Shown here: positions 17,401 to 26,461 of the stretch, one piece after another | Position numbering within the stretch: position 1 is the first letter of the stretch | How the letters are laid out: each line of letters opens with the position of its first letter | Source of the DNA: Candidatus Shapirobacteria bacterium | GTDB lineage: Bacteria; Patescibacteriota; Microgenomatia; UBA12405 | DNA length: 64,000 bases | NCBI GenBank assembly: GCA_041661765.1 | Contig: JBAZTV010000001.1 | Coordinates: 71,755-135,754, forward strand | Direction: 5' to 3' | Position numbers and translations under genes: made by a program | Notes under the pieces: model-generated | What the model was told of the DNA's origin: nothing | Database searches by the model: none | Seen by the model: only the letters and a program-made list of their open reading frames with translations

Positions 17401-20047
17401 CATTTGGACTATTGCCAATATTTATACCCCCATCCCCAGAAATAATATTAATTGGTTGATTAGCAGCAATATTACCAATTGTTACGGCGCCTAAAGCAGT
17501 TGTGTCAAAAATAGTATTATTTTGCGCCACCACCTTAAATGGATTAGCTGTTGATCCCGCTTTTGTACTTACTCCTAAAATATATTGAGAACCAGTTCCG
17601 TTTGTTGCAGCTGTATTTTCCCCAAAAGTAAAAGCCGTTTTGCCATCAGTCGTTAAACCCCAATTCCATATTTGAGCAAAATCATTACTATTAATAGTGT
17701 TCGCCGCAGTTGCTGCCGTTATATTACTCAAAATTGAAATTCTTGCTCCACATCCCCAGCTAGAAGTGCTACTATTCCATGCCAAAACTTGACTATTTGA
17801 GCAAGTTGTTATTAATGACAACCCAGAATTATTTTCTAAACCACCAGTTGAACTAAGTTGTATTGCTGAACCAGAAACCTTATCAGTGGTAGTAATTGTT
17901 GCCAAATTATTATCAGTTATGCCCGCAGTTCCCGATAAATTTGAATTAGTTAACCCAGTAATCGTATTTCCGATCGCTGTTATCGTTTTATTAGTTAACG
18001 TTTGAACTGTATCAATCATCACCACTTTATTCCCAATCCTAATTCTCGCCGCACTACTTCCCACATCAGACACAATAAATTCATCAGAAGAAACACCAGT
18101 AGATCCAAATTGTAATTCCACTATTGATGACACTGACGGAGTTTGGTCTGACTCTTCTATTGTCAAAGAACCACCACCCCCAGAGTTATCTGCGTCGCAA
18201 GCCCAACCACCAGAAGCTGTCCATTTTAGCAATTGACCGTCTGAACAAGTGCGAATAAGAGATAATCCTCCACCGTCAGATAGTAGTCCACCATCTAAAT
18301 AAACTGATGGTGTTCCGCCGGCAATATCCGATCCGCAAGCCCAACCACCAGAAGCTGTCCATTTTAGCAATTGACCGTCTGAACAAGTGCGAAGCAAAGT
18401 TAAACCGCCGCTGTCGCCAATTCCACCATTAGTATTCAATTGAACGGCTGAACCGGAAACTTTATTAGCAGTCACAATCGTCGCTAAATTAGCATCAGTT
18501 ATTCCCGCACTTCCCGATAAATTTGAATTTGTTAACCCAGAAATAGTATTACTTCCAGCATCAATAGTTTTATTTGTAAATGTTTGAGTTTGACCAACAA
18601 AGGCAAAAGTATCATCTATAGTTAAACCTGGAATTGTCGCAATCCGACTGGCATTTGGGGCAATCGCCGAGATGGTGGTGGTATTAGTTGCTCCTAAAGA
18701 CAGCTGATTTGTCGTTGTTGTGACGACCAAGCTATTAGTTAAATTAGCTCCATTAAAAGTTGGGTTGGCTAAAACATCAATATTTTGAATTGTATCTACT
18801 GCCCCATTTATTACCAAAAAATTAACGGCATCAAAAGAGGCCATTCCCTTAATCACATTAGTTGCATCAAGCCCTGCTATTTTTACAGTTCCACCCAAAG
18901 CTACTGGCGAACCGCTAATCCCAATTCCTGTTCCAGCCACCGCATTCACATTAATGCTATTATTTGCTAATTGCGAATTATTAATACCAGCCGACCCTGA
19001 TAAATTACTGTTGGTTAAACCAGTAATAGTCGTTGGTGTAACACTAATTACGCTTCCGTATTGATCTATTTGAAACACTGGAATTTGAGTAGCAGATCCA
19101 TAAATTCCAGGAGTGGCCACCGACACAAAAGATAAACTTAATGTTCCACCCAAACCCACTGTACCACCACCCTGTAAACCACTACCAGAAAGAGTTTCAA
19201 TAGTTATAGATGAATTAGCCAATTGTGAATTTGTAATACTCGCTCCAACCGAAAGATTGTTAGTCGTCAAACCAGTAATCGTATTATTGCCAGCAGCAAT
19301 GGTTTTATTTGTCAAAGTCGCCCCAAAATTATTAAACACAAAACTATCATTAGTACTCATCGCTGGAATGGTTACGATTCTATCTGCAGTTTGGGTATTA
19401 GCATTTATAGTAGTTTTTGAACCACTAACTCCCAAATTTAATTGGTTAGAGGTAGTAGTCATATTTAAACCATTGTTAATAGTCACATTATTAAAAGTTT
19501 GCAGACCCGTCCAAACATTAGACGCACCTAAATTCAATGCTAATGTGCCTCCTTCGTTTCCTGTCATCATTAATCCGCCTCCACCAGTGGCTCCCGCCAC
19601 ATAATTTCCCGAAGTATAAGTTCCTAAAACCACATCATTCCCATGCCAAACCCCAGTTGTAATCGTTCCTAAAGTTGACACATTAGTCGACCCTACCCAA
19701 GTTAATAAATCAGCACTTCCGCTGTCATCTCCACACACCCAATCTGTTCCGTTAAATTTTGGTATTTGTCCATTAATACAACTATTACTCGCCCATTTAA
19801 TAAAAGTTATTCCGCCATCAGTAATTTCTACCCCGCTTGAACCCACCGTCAACCCACTCCCAGTGGCTGTCGAAATTGTCACTGGCGGTGTCACTGTACA
19901 ATTTGGGTTAGTCGGTAAACAACTTGGAGTTAATGTTTCTCCTGGAGAATATAACGCCGTCGCTTCAATCTGCTTAGTAAAAACCAAAAATAATAAAACT
20001 AAAATAAATAAAGGGTATATATTAAAACGCCCCGCCTTCAATAACAT
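14489..20047 (-). CDS. Giant (1852-aa) secreted repeat-rich surface protein, G/T/S/N-rich
   Basis: N-terminal signal peptide MLLKAGRFNIYPLFILVLLFLVF. Repeated roughly 75-aa modules (TNQLSLG..IATIPGLTIDDTFAFVGQTQTFT.KTID.G.NTISGLTNSNLSG) and a duplicated CSDGQLLKWTASGGWAC unit. Confidence 0.75.
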   Translation of the reverse strand: MLLKAGRFNIYPLFILVLLFLVFTKQIEATALYSPGETLTPSCLPTNPNCTVTPPVTISTATGSGLTVGSSGVEITDGGITFIKWASNSCINGQIPKFNGTDWVCGDDSGSADLLTWVGSTNVSTLGTITTGVWHGNDVVLGTYTSGNYVAGATGGGGLMMTGNEGGTLALNLGASNVWTGLQTFNNVTINNGLNMTTTSNQLNLGVSGSKTTINANTQTADRIVTIPAMSTNDSFVFNNFGATLTNKTIAAGNNTITGLTTNNLSVGASITNSQLANSSITIETLSGSGLQGGGTVGLGGTLSLSFVSVATPGIYGSATQIPVFQIDQYGSVISVTPTTITGLTNSNLSGSAGINNSQLANNSINVNAVAGTGIGISGSPVALGGTVKIAGLDATNVIKGMASFDAVNFLVINGAVDTIQNIDVLANPTFNGANLTNSLVVTTTTNQLSLGATNTTTISAIAPNASRIATIPGLTIDDTFAFVGQTQTFTNKTIDAGSNTISGLTNSNLSGSAGITDANLATIVTANKVSGSAVQLNTNGGIGDSGGLTLLRTCSDGQLLKWTASGGWACGSDIAGGTPSVYLDGGLLSDGGGLSLIRTCSDGQLLKWTASGGWACDADNSGGGGSLTIEESDQTPSVSSIVELQFGSTGVSSDEFIVSDVGSSAARIRIGNKVVMIDTVQTLTNKTITAIGNTITGLTNSNLSGTAGITDNNLATITTTDKVSGSAIQLSSTGGLENNSGLSLITTCSNSQVLAWNSSTSSWGCGARISILSNITAATAANTINSNDFAQIWNWGLTTDGKTAFTFGENTAATNGTGSQYILGVSTKAGSTANPFKVVAQNNTIFDTTALGAVTIGNIAANQPINIISGDGGINIGNSPNEKIINIGNNTGDTSLNLFVGTSGFSLEGTASSNYSIGSSTTTGTFDIGGVNQTGTANLFASNGGMTVNIGTGNASNIIAIGNSTTSTSIELRSGTGSITAKTGSGNGMQFLSNTVTDDSIKIAPGQNGGATSYQGIITQANLTAGRTWTLPDASGQIPLSTLNNGLFFNTTGPTSLTLPTSGTVTALGNSTTGSGSALVLSTSPTFTTSILTPQIIGSAIADGTITIAGNNALSGNNATGINTKFNVGDSGANTAIVIMNNGFVGIGTTNPVGPFELISQNDFLYVTKYSNDVYSPGVVGRKARGTESAPLAVQTDDKLASLGGRGYDGTTFPLGVLGSSGAFQVIAGENFTATNRGTYLSFIVTPLGSTTRSEKMRLDPAGALNIFNTTNQLSLGTNNTTTISAIAPSTSRIATIPGLTIDDTFAFVGQTQTFTGKTIDGGNNTITGLTNTSLVNSSLTVAVGIGLSGGGTISLGSTGTVALNLGSSNVWTGLQTFNGGISTNTIQASSGNITFAVGGTNSSGKVVIGNSGTTAPDLLVLDNGTSDPTGINGATYYNSSTNKFRCYENSVWKDCDTTGSGGAAKSASIVDNTIDTLGIGETNILQGTAPAITPSSVSNRILITGLIKVTMTSNDTETNTFRVRRGVSGCGGTQVDSDLTLLTTGSHTSDSPVDSYLGFSFIDSPNTTSSQAYTICALTSTATTPNTVPKIMMTIIEVAASGADLAELYSTNDNSMAPGDVVSLDSTLNAGVKKSQKAYDNNVFGVISLRPGVIMGEVDDEGVKSVPVALSGRVPVKVNTENGPIKAGDPLTSSSTPGVAMKATKAGAIIGTAMSDFEGEETGQVLMFIKNGLGTGTKIADLLPGVDENATDFSKQILDELMWQNDNLVLTDLSEIITDRLVAGVEIITPKIVTDKTQTKNLCVGEENNETCITKSQLDQILLKMDIGGTTPTLTPTPTEVGATLDTTGL
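16082..16235. repeat. Intragenic ~155-nt repeat (copy 1 of 2), roughly 85% identical by eye to 18560-18715
   Basis: Direct nucleotide-similarity comparison inside the giant ORF. Confidence 0.7.
18197..18393. repeat. Tandem duplication of a 138-nt unit encoding TCSDGQLLKWTASGGWAC
   Basis: The near-identical 57-nt core gcaagcccaaccaccagaagctgtccattttagcaattgaccgtctgaacaagtgcgaa occurs at 18197 and again at 18335. Confidence 0.8.
18560..18715. repeat. Intragenic ~155-nt repeat (copy 2 of 2)
   Basis: Matches 16082-16235 (tcaat.gtttta..tgtaaatgtttgagtttg.cc.acaaa.gcaaaagt.tcatctat.gttaaacctggaat...). Confidence 0.7.
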
Positions 20048-20082
20048 TGTATCTATTTAATAATTCTTTTATTAAAAAATTA

Positions 20083-20583
20083 TTATTTTTTCTTTTTAGA
20101 TACGATAATATCTATGATAGCCAAAATCGCCACCAAGCTGATTACTCCCAACAAAATAAAAAAATAAGTTTTTAATTCCTCATCTTTTCCCGCCACTACA
20201 TGAAAACTAGTCAACACTTCTTCAGCTAAGTTTTCATAATCACTTATTTTTACATTTAAGTTATAAAATCCAGTTTCAGAACTTTCTGGAATCACAATAA
20301 AATCTAAAAATTGAGCTTGTGTTTCTACTGCTTTTAAAACTTGTGATTGGGCTATTACTATTCCATCCTTAGTCACTTCATAATTCAATCGCAAATCCTT
20401 TCTTTGTGGATTTTCTGGATATTTAATATCTATTTCAAAATAAAGTCGGTCACCAGCCTGAATTTCAGTATATTTTTCTGAAATATTTGTTGACACACTC
20501 AAAGCCCTGGCATATGGCGCATTAATAAACATTTCTACATAAATAAAAACAACACAAATTACTTTAATTATCTTAACCATCAT
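20083..20583 (-). CDS. Small secreted protein with C-terminal TM anchor and basic tail (module A; paralog of 25218-25742)
   Basis: Signal peptide. Conserved core YPENPQRKDLRL.Y...VLKA.ETQ..F.D...IPES...G.Y is shared with its paralog. Ends ...LAIIDIIVSKKKK. Confidence 0.6.
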   Translation of the reverse strand: MMVKIIKVICVVFIYVEMFINAPYARALSVSTNISEKYTEIQAGDRLYFEIDIKYPENPQRKDLRLNYEVTKDGIVIAQSQVLKAVETQAQFLDFIVIPESSETGFYNLNVKISDYENLAEEVLTSFHVVAGKDEELKTYFFILLGVISLVAILAIIDIIVSKKKK

Positions 20584-21079
20584 GACGAATATTAATTAAA
20601 AAACTTAAAATTGAAAGATAAAGAAGTATATTGTAAAAAGCAAATAAAACCAAATTTGTATTATAAATAATAATCCTAAATGGTATAAATAAAGATAAAA
20701 TATTTAAGTTAAAAAAAATAATAGAGCATATAAAAAACATATAAAATAATAACGAGTTAATCTTTTTCTTATTAATATAAAAAAACATTACCGGGGCCAA
20801 TATTAATAAAAAATTAATATAATAAACCCAATCGATAATATTTAGTGAAAAATATAACATAAAAATATCAAGGAAAATCCTTATTAAAACTACAAGATAG
20901 GTTAAAAATATAAAAACTATTTGTTTTTTATCAGCTTTTTTAAATAATCCCACTACCAATAAACCCATCATCACAATTGTTAAAAGGACACAAATAAACA
21001 AAACACTTAGCTCTATATTTTGGTTAATATTAAACATTATCGTTTTTTTATTAAAATAATTAAAATCCATAAAGAACAT
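20573..21079 (-). CDS. Small 4-5 TM membrane protein (module A; counterpart of 25723-26208)
   Basis: 168-aa hydrophobic ORF. Occupies the same operon position as its module-B counterpart. Confidence 0.5.
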   Translation of the reverse strand: MFFMDFNYFNKKTIMFNINQNIELSVLFICVLLTIVMMGLLVVGLFKKADKKQIVFIFLTYLVVLIRIFLDIFMLYFSLNIIDWVYYINFLLILAPVMFFYINKKKINSLLFYMFFICSIIFFNLNILSLFIPFRIIIYNTNLVLFAFYNILLYLSILSFLINIRHDG

Positions 21080-21297
21080 ATTGCTAGAAGTGATTCAGAC
21101 ATAAACCAAGCTCTTTGATCATTAATGTTATATAAATTTAAAGCAACATTGATACAATAAGAAAGACTTATTGTAAAAAAAGGCAAAAAAATTCCCATTT
21201 TTTTTGAACGAATAATATTCAAAGAAGCTAGCCACATTAATACAATTGCTGACATCAACACAATAACTATTGTTAAAAAGTTTAAAAATATTGTCAC
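21037..21297 (-). CDS. Small 2-3 TM membrane protein (module A; paralog of 26195-26461)
   Basis: Shares LMWLASLNI../..KKMGIFLPFFTISLSYC with MIWLSSQAM../KKMVIPFVPFFMIGLAYC of the paralog. The true start may lie downstream of the 43-nt overlap. Confidence 0.5.
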   Translation of the reverse strand: MTIFLNFLTIVIVLMSAIVLMWLASLNIIRSKKMGIFLPFFTISLSYCINVALNLYNINDQRAWFMSESLLAICSLWILIILIKKR

Positions 21298-23123
21298 AAC
21301 TTCATTTCCTTTTTAAATCCATAAAAAATTAAAAACAAACTCACAAATTCTATAGTTCCCAATAGCAGCCAAAAATAAAGAGGAAAAGGTTCAAAATTAT
21401 TATTATATTCTTCAAAAAAAACTTGCGTTAATTTATCAAACAAAAATAAAATAGATCCCCATTGAATTAATTTTTTTGCCACCATATCTTTAAATTTAAA
21501 TGCATTAAAAAACAAATTAATTAAAACCATTATCATCACTAGATCAGGAATATCATTATAAAATGCCGCCTTTCTCCAATCATTAAAAAATGAAATTATA
21601 AAAAAGAAATAACCAATTGTAAAAATTAAAGAAAATAAAATAACATATCCAATTTTTAGTTTTATAAAAAAATTCTCAATTTTTGATATTTTTTTTATTT
21701 TTTCTTTTTCCAATAGTCTTATCTTATTTCTAATAGTTACTAAAACACCAATCAAAGAAAATAATAAAAAAATTATTATTGATGCAAACAATTCTTTATT
21801 AAAAGATATATCTAAAACTTCAGTCTCTTTAATTTCCGTTGCCAAACACCAAGGCAATCCAGTAATTAAAGAATTTGTGGCAATAGTTCTTTCATTATTA
21901 TAATTAAGTAAAATATTTATCGATGGATTTTTTATTCCAGAGAAACAATTACGGATATTGTCCGTATCAATAGTTTGAACAAACATATCAAAAGAACTAT
22001 TTCTTAATGGACTAACAAGTATTTTTTGGTCTTGACTTACTAAATAACTTTCACCAGTTTTAGCCAAACTTTCTTTATCTTCAACTATTCCAAAAACAAC
22101 ATTCATATTTTTAATCAAAGCCACATATCCTAATAATTTGTTTTGATCATACACTGGCGATAAAACTAAAAACTCTGGATACAAGTCACTATAATAATCA
22201 ATGTAAGCATCAGAAAATATAATCTCTTTTTTATTTTTTGTTTCAATAAATTTTTTTGTTAAATACCAATTTTGATTAACCGGCCAATTAAGATTTGACC
22301 CAACCTTTTCTTTAATTGTATTTGTATATACGACATAACCATCAGGATTTATTAAAAATAAATTATTAAAATCCTTTTTATTAACATTTTCTTCAAAAAA
22401 TTTTAAATTTAATTCAGATACCTCTTTAATCATTTTATAACTATCAACAGTGGCTGCTACCACCACTGCTAAACCAACTCCGTCACCAGTTTTAACGTCC
22501 AAATTAGCCATACGGACATATCTTCTTATTGGATTTTTATTCTTTTCATTCCAATTATAAAAACCATAAATATCTTGATTATTTTTTATACCCTCAATAA
22601 TCAGTTTATAAAGCTCTGGAGAATTTTTTATATCATCATAATTTTTTCCAAAAAATGTTCCACCTTCATTAAAAGAGGACACTTGCTGTTGGTAATTTTC
22701 AATCGAAATATAACCATCTAAACCAATTATTCCAGTTATAATTTTTTGAAAGACAGGATCGTTTTTAAATTCATTAAAATTTCTATTTGGATTTCTTTTA
22801 ATATAATTTTCTATTTCTTTAATAATAATATTAGACTCTTCGTCGACATTAATTTTCATTATTTGTTCACTAGAAACTAATGGCTCATCTAATAAATATT
22901 TTGTTTCATCTGAATTTGACAACTCTTTAATTTCATTATCTATAATTGAAAAATACGAATCAATCTTATTTTTCTTTAAATCAGAAACCTCAATTAATTG
23001 ATGGTATGTTTTTTTTAAGATTTGATTTTTAGTAAAAGTACAACTTATAAGCCAAAAAAGTCCACCTCCTAAAATACCCAAAAAACAAAAAATTATTATA
23101 CTTTTTATTCGACTCAAAATCAT
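21294..23123 (-). CDS. Membrane sensor-like protein: N-terminal TM, an extracytoplasmic Cache-like domain of about 430 aa, and a C-terminal 5-6 TM region with no cytoplasmic output domain (module A)
   Basis: Hydropathy pattern plus Cache-like strand motifs (GYVVYTN..., SYLVSQDQKILVSP). 609 aa. Confidence 0.5.
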   Translation of the reverse strand: MILSRIKSIIIFCFLGILGGGLFWLISCTFTKNQILKKTYHQLIEVSDLKKNKIDSYFSIIDNEIKELSNSDETKYLLDEPLVSSEQIMKINVDEESNIIIKEIENYIKRNPNRNFNEFKNDPVFQKIITGIIGLDGYISIENYQQQVSSFNEGGTFFGKNYDDIKNSPELYKLIIEGIKNNQDIYGFYNWNEKNKNPIRRYVRMANLDVKTGDGVGLAVVVAATVDSYKMIKEVSELNLKFFEENVNKKDFNNLFLINPDGYVVYTNTIKEKVGSNLNWPVNQNWYLTKKFIETKNKKEIIFSDAYIDYYSDLYPEFLVLSPVYDQNKLLGYVALIKNMNVVFGIVEDKESLAKTGESYLVSQDQKILVSPLRNSSFDMFVQTIDTDNIRNCFSGIKNPSINILLNYNNERTIATNSLITGLPWCLATEIKETEVLDISFNKELFASIIIFLLFSLIGVLVTIRNKIRLLEKEKIKKISKIENFFIKLKIGYVILFSLIFTIGYFFFIISFFNDWRKAAFYNDIPDLVMIMVLINLFFNAFKFKDMVAKKLIQWGSILFLFDKLTQVFFEEYNNNFEPFPLYFWLLLGTIEFVSLFLIFYGFKKEMKL

Positions 23124-23127
23124 AATT

Positions 23128-24201
23128 CTATTCCGATGGTAAATAGTTAATAATTTTCGAATTAATCAAAATTACACTTGGAATATTTTCTTGTTTTAAT
23201 CCAAGACTTTTAGCTCGAGCCAAATTCAAATATCGTAAACCTTTTTCGGTTGCTTTAAATTCAAAACTACTAGGAAATTTACCATCAATTAGGATTGCTC
23301 TAGCTAAATCTCCAGCCTTTCTCCCTTGTTCTTCAGATGATACCTCAACTGAAAGTAATACCCCATCTTCAACCACAAAACCCCAAAAAGTAGTTTCCGG
23401 AATTCCACTATTTTTTATTAGCCATTTTATTACTTCTGTCTCTGACACACTCTTATTATTTTCATCCACCAAACCAACCATACTAAAATTCATAATCGCA
23501 TTTACTTTTTTACCTTTATATTCCAAAATTTTCTTCTTATATTCATTGAAAGTATTAACTCGATCCCATCCAATAAATTCGATTTCTGGAAAATTAGTCG
23601 TTTGTTTTTGAATTCTTTCCATCACTACTTTCCATTGTGATGCATCTTGTGAGATCACTCCAATTTTTTTTATTTTATTGGGATATAAAGATTTTAAAAA
23701 TTCAATCGTTTCTATAAAATGTTCTCTTTCCAAAACTCCAGTCACATTTTTAGTTTTATCATAACCATATGTTTGTGGATCTTCATTCACTCCCGAAAAA
23801 ACTATCGGAATATTTGTATTAATATATTTTAAAATCGCCATTTGTGCTCCATCATCAGTGGCATAAATTAGGTCTGGTTTATATTCATCAATCATTTTTA
23901 TCGCTTCTTCAGTTGCTAATCTTTTATGTTCCACCGAAACATCCCTCAATTCATCCAAGTCAAACTCCTTTACTTCTATAATAATTCCATCTTTTTCAAA
24001 AACATCTTTAAAAGCTTTTATGTTTTCTGTAATTAAAGGAAAATCTGAGTGATAGCTGTTTAACCAAAATATTTTAATTGCCCTATTTCCTCCTCTAAAT
24101 TTATATGGACTTCTAAAAATATAATAAGAGCTAAAAATTAATCCAATTATTACTATCACAACAATAATTATTAAAAAATTTTTTTTAATTATTTTTTTCA
24201 T
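23128..24201 (-). CDS. Membrane-anchored periplasmic substrate-binding protein (ABC_sub_bind-like)
   Basis: N-terminal TM, then a two-lobed alpha/beta binding fold (...IYATDDGAQMAILKYINTNIPIVFSGVNEDP...). Confidence 0.45.
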   Translation of the reverse strand: MKKIIKKNFLIIIVVIVIIGLIFSSYYIFRSPYKFRGGNRAIKIFWLNSYHSDFPLITENIKAFKDVFEKDGIIIEVKEFDLDELRDVSVEHKRLATEEAIKMIDEYKPDLIYATDDGAQMAILKYINTNIPIVFSGVNEDPQTYGYDKTKNVTGVLEREHFIETIEFLKSLYPNKIKKIGVISQDASQWKVVMERIQKQTTNFPEIEFIGWDRVNTFNEYKKKILEYKGKKVNAIMNFSMVGLVDENNKSVSETEVIKWLIKNSGIPETTFWGFVVEDGVLLSVEVSSEEQGRKAGDLARAILIDGKFPSSFEFKATEKGLRYLNLARAKSLGLKQENIPSVILINSKIINYLPSE

Positions 24202-25228
24202 CTAATTTATTGTTTATTAAAAGTAATATAAAAATAAATCCTTGAATTAATACTTGTATCAAAATTGCCCATAAATAATCTTTTTTTTGTTGACTGAAAT
24301 CTTTTAAGCGATTACTCTTATTAGTCACTGTAATTAATAACCACTGGTAATCATCATTAAGATTTTCATTAATTGTTTTTGATCCTTCATATAATTCAAA
24401 ATTACTTATTGTTGGGTTAATACAGCGATAAGTAAAAAATTGCTCATTAGTTTCTTGGCGTCTCTCATCACATTTAGTAATTAAGTCTTTGGAGGCAATC
24501 GGATAGTCAACAAAAAAATTATTATTTTCATTTTCGGATAAATAACCAAATTCTTTATTTTTATTAGGGTTAGCCAAATAAAAACCATCCTTATCAATTA
24601 AATAGGTCGTTTCTCCTTCTCTTCGTGATCTTCTAATACTATCTAAAAAATAATTGGCATAAACTTTAACTAAAATTATGCCCTTTAATCTATTTGTCTT
24701 CTGGTCAAAAATTGGAGTGGCATATTTTAAAACTGGAATTTTTTTTTCCAAAGTTAAAGGAAAAATATAAACCTCTCCTTTTTTTAAATTTTTTAATAAA
24801 TCAAAACAAGAATTATCGTTTTGCTTATCATTAGAATCAGAGATAATTTGTCGTGTTTTTCCATCAAATTCAGCCATTAATAAAACTTTTTTATCACTAT
24901 TTATATAACTTATTTGGTAATAAGCCTCACTCTGATTTAAAAATTCTAAAAAATCATTTTTAATATTATTAATTTCAGCCGAGTTTGTACTTATTTTTTG
25001 AAATTCAGATAATTTACTTAAAAATAAAAGATTATCTGCCGCCCCAGATGGAAAATTATTAATTTCAAAATAAGTGGTATTTAATCTTTGGTCAATTATA
25101 TCTAAAGCATCAGCTTTAATTTTTATATTTTGTTGCCTAGATTGTTGGTAATAAAATACCGCATTAAAAACCATCGATATTATTAATAAAATAAAAATCA
25201 AAAATAATAAAGACTTTTTATTTTTCAT
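24185..25228 (-). CDS. Double-TM Cache-like extracytoplasmic sensor protein without an output domain
   Basis: N-terminal TM, a periplasmic domain of about 280 aa (YYQISYINSDKKVLL, GEVYIFPL), and a C-terminal TM. 347 aa. Confidence 0.45.
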   Translation of the reverse strand: MKNKKSLLFLIFILLIISMVFNAVFYYQQSRQQNIKIKADALDIIDQRLNTTYFEINNFPSGAADNLLFLSKLSEFQKISTNSAEINNIKNDFLEFLNQSEAYYQISYINSDKKVLLMAEFDGKTRQIISDSNDKQNDNSCFDLLKNLKKGEVYIFPLTLEKKIPVLKYATPIFDQKTNRLKGIILVKVYANYFLDSIRRSRREGETTYLIDKDGFYLANPNKNKEFGYLSENENNNFFVDYPIASKDLITKCDERRQETNEQFFTYRCINPTISNFELYEGSKTINENLNDDYQWLLITVTNKSNRLKDFSQQKKDYLWAILIQVLIQGFIFILLLINNKLDEKNN

Positions 25229-25742
25229 TTTTTTTCATTCTATAAATCATCCAAAATTCAATAATAACCAAAACATCCACAATTCCGATTGCCACTCCTA
25301 AAATATAAATATATTTCATCAAATCAGCTTTTCCTTTAACTACTCTAAAATCTGCCGAAACCTCTTCGTTTAAATTTTCATAGTCTTGAACCTTGTTGGT
25401 AATAGTATAGGTTCCCACCTCCAAAGATTCAGGTATTGTCATATAGTCCATAAAAGAAGATTGAGTTTCAATTGCCTTAAGAACCTTACTTTCACTAACA
25501 ATTTCATCTCCATTTTTAATTTGGTAAGTTAATCGTAAGTCTTTTCGACTAGGGTTTTCTGGATATTTTACTTCCAATTCAAAAGTAAGCCGGTCTCCAG
25601 CTGTTATTTCTAAATATTTTTCTGGAATATGGATAACTAAATTTAATGCCAATACTGATTTACTAACCACCACTACAACCACTATTAATCCCAAAATCCA
25701 CATAAATCCAAACAAAACTTTGTTATTTATATTCAGGTTCAT
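25218..25742 (-). CDS. Small secreted protein with C-terminal TM anchor and basic tail (module B; paralog of 20083-20583)
   Basis: Signal peptide, the YPENPSRKDLRLTY core, and a C-terminal ILGVAIGIVDVLVIIEFWMIYRMKKNEK. Confidence 0.6.
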   Translation of the reverse strand: MNLNINNKVLFGFMWILGLIVVVVVVSKSVLALNLVIHIPEKYLEITAGDRLTFELEVKYPENPSRKDLRLTYQIKNGDEIVSESKVLKAIETQSSFMDYMTIPESLEVGTYTITNKVQDYENLNEEVSADFRVVKGKADLMKYIYILGVAIGIVDVLVIIEFWMIYRMKKNEK

Positions 25743-26208
25743 TTTGAAATTTAATTAAGACTGCTAATATTAAAAAATATAGATCAATTACTGTTAATAA
25801 AGATAAAAACCCTGCCAATAACATCAACAAATTATTCCCAGTATTAATTTGAATAGTAAAAACTATAAAATTTAGGATTATCAATCCTATTCCGATTAAA
25901 ATCTCTGTCGGTCTAATAAATTGTCTAAAAACCGAAAATAGTCGAATATAAAGCCAAACTACTACTATGTTTATAGTAGTAAAAACAGAAAAATCGATCA
26001 TTCCTGGCCATCTAAAAAGAATAATAAATCCATAAGTCAGCAATAAAATTATCGAAGAAATAACCAAACTAAAAAACATTGATAGTAATATTCTTGCTTC
26101 TTTGTATTTGAATTGGAAAGATAATAATATTCCAAATAAAGTCATCAAAATAATTCCACTCCCTAAAAATAAGGATATTATTATAGTATCCAAATTAGTC
26201 AGAAACAT
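25723..26208 (-). CDS. Small 4-5 TM membrane protein (module B)
   Basis: 161-aa hydrophobic ORF. Confidence 0.5.
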   Translation of the reverse strand: MFLTNLDTIIISLFLGSGIILMTLFGILLSFQFKYKEARILLSMFFSLVISSIILLLTYGFIILFRWPGMIDFSVFTTINIVVVWLYIRLFSVFRQFIRPTEILIGIGLIILNFIVFTIQINTGNNLLMLLAGFLSLLTVIDLYFLILAVLIKFQNEPEYK

Positions 26209-26461
26209 ATTTTTTTATAGTAAAAACAAATAATCCAAAACTAATCAATAAAAATAAGTCTTTAAAAAACCAAAAAATATTAGTCAAAAGAAAATAAAAA
26301 GAAAATACTGAGGCAAAACAGTAAGCCAATCCAATCATAAAAAAGGGGACAAAGGGGATTACCATTTTCTTCTCCATCATTGCCTGTGACGACAACCAAA
26401 TCATTAATATTGCCAACATTAAATCTAAAAAACTTCCAAAATATAATAATAAATTGCTCAT
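26195..26461 (-). CDS. Small 2-3 TM membrane protein (module B)
   Basis: 88 aa. Paralog of 21037-21297. Confidence 0.5.
   Translation of the reverse strand: MSNLLLYFGSFLDLMLAILMIWLSSQAMMEKKMVIPFVPFFMIGLAYCFASVFSFYFLLTNIFWFFKDLFLLISFGLFVFTIKKYVSD

Noticed and set aside
14355-19604. Short plus-strand ORFs inside the giant minus-strand gene (14355-14585, 15584-15781, 17040-17249, 18785-18970, 19113-19604, 19863-20060)
   Set aside because: They are embedded antisense in a continuous 1852-aa ORF with a signal peptide and coherent repeats. No independent signals.
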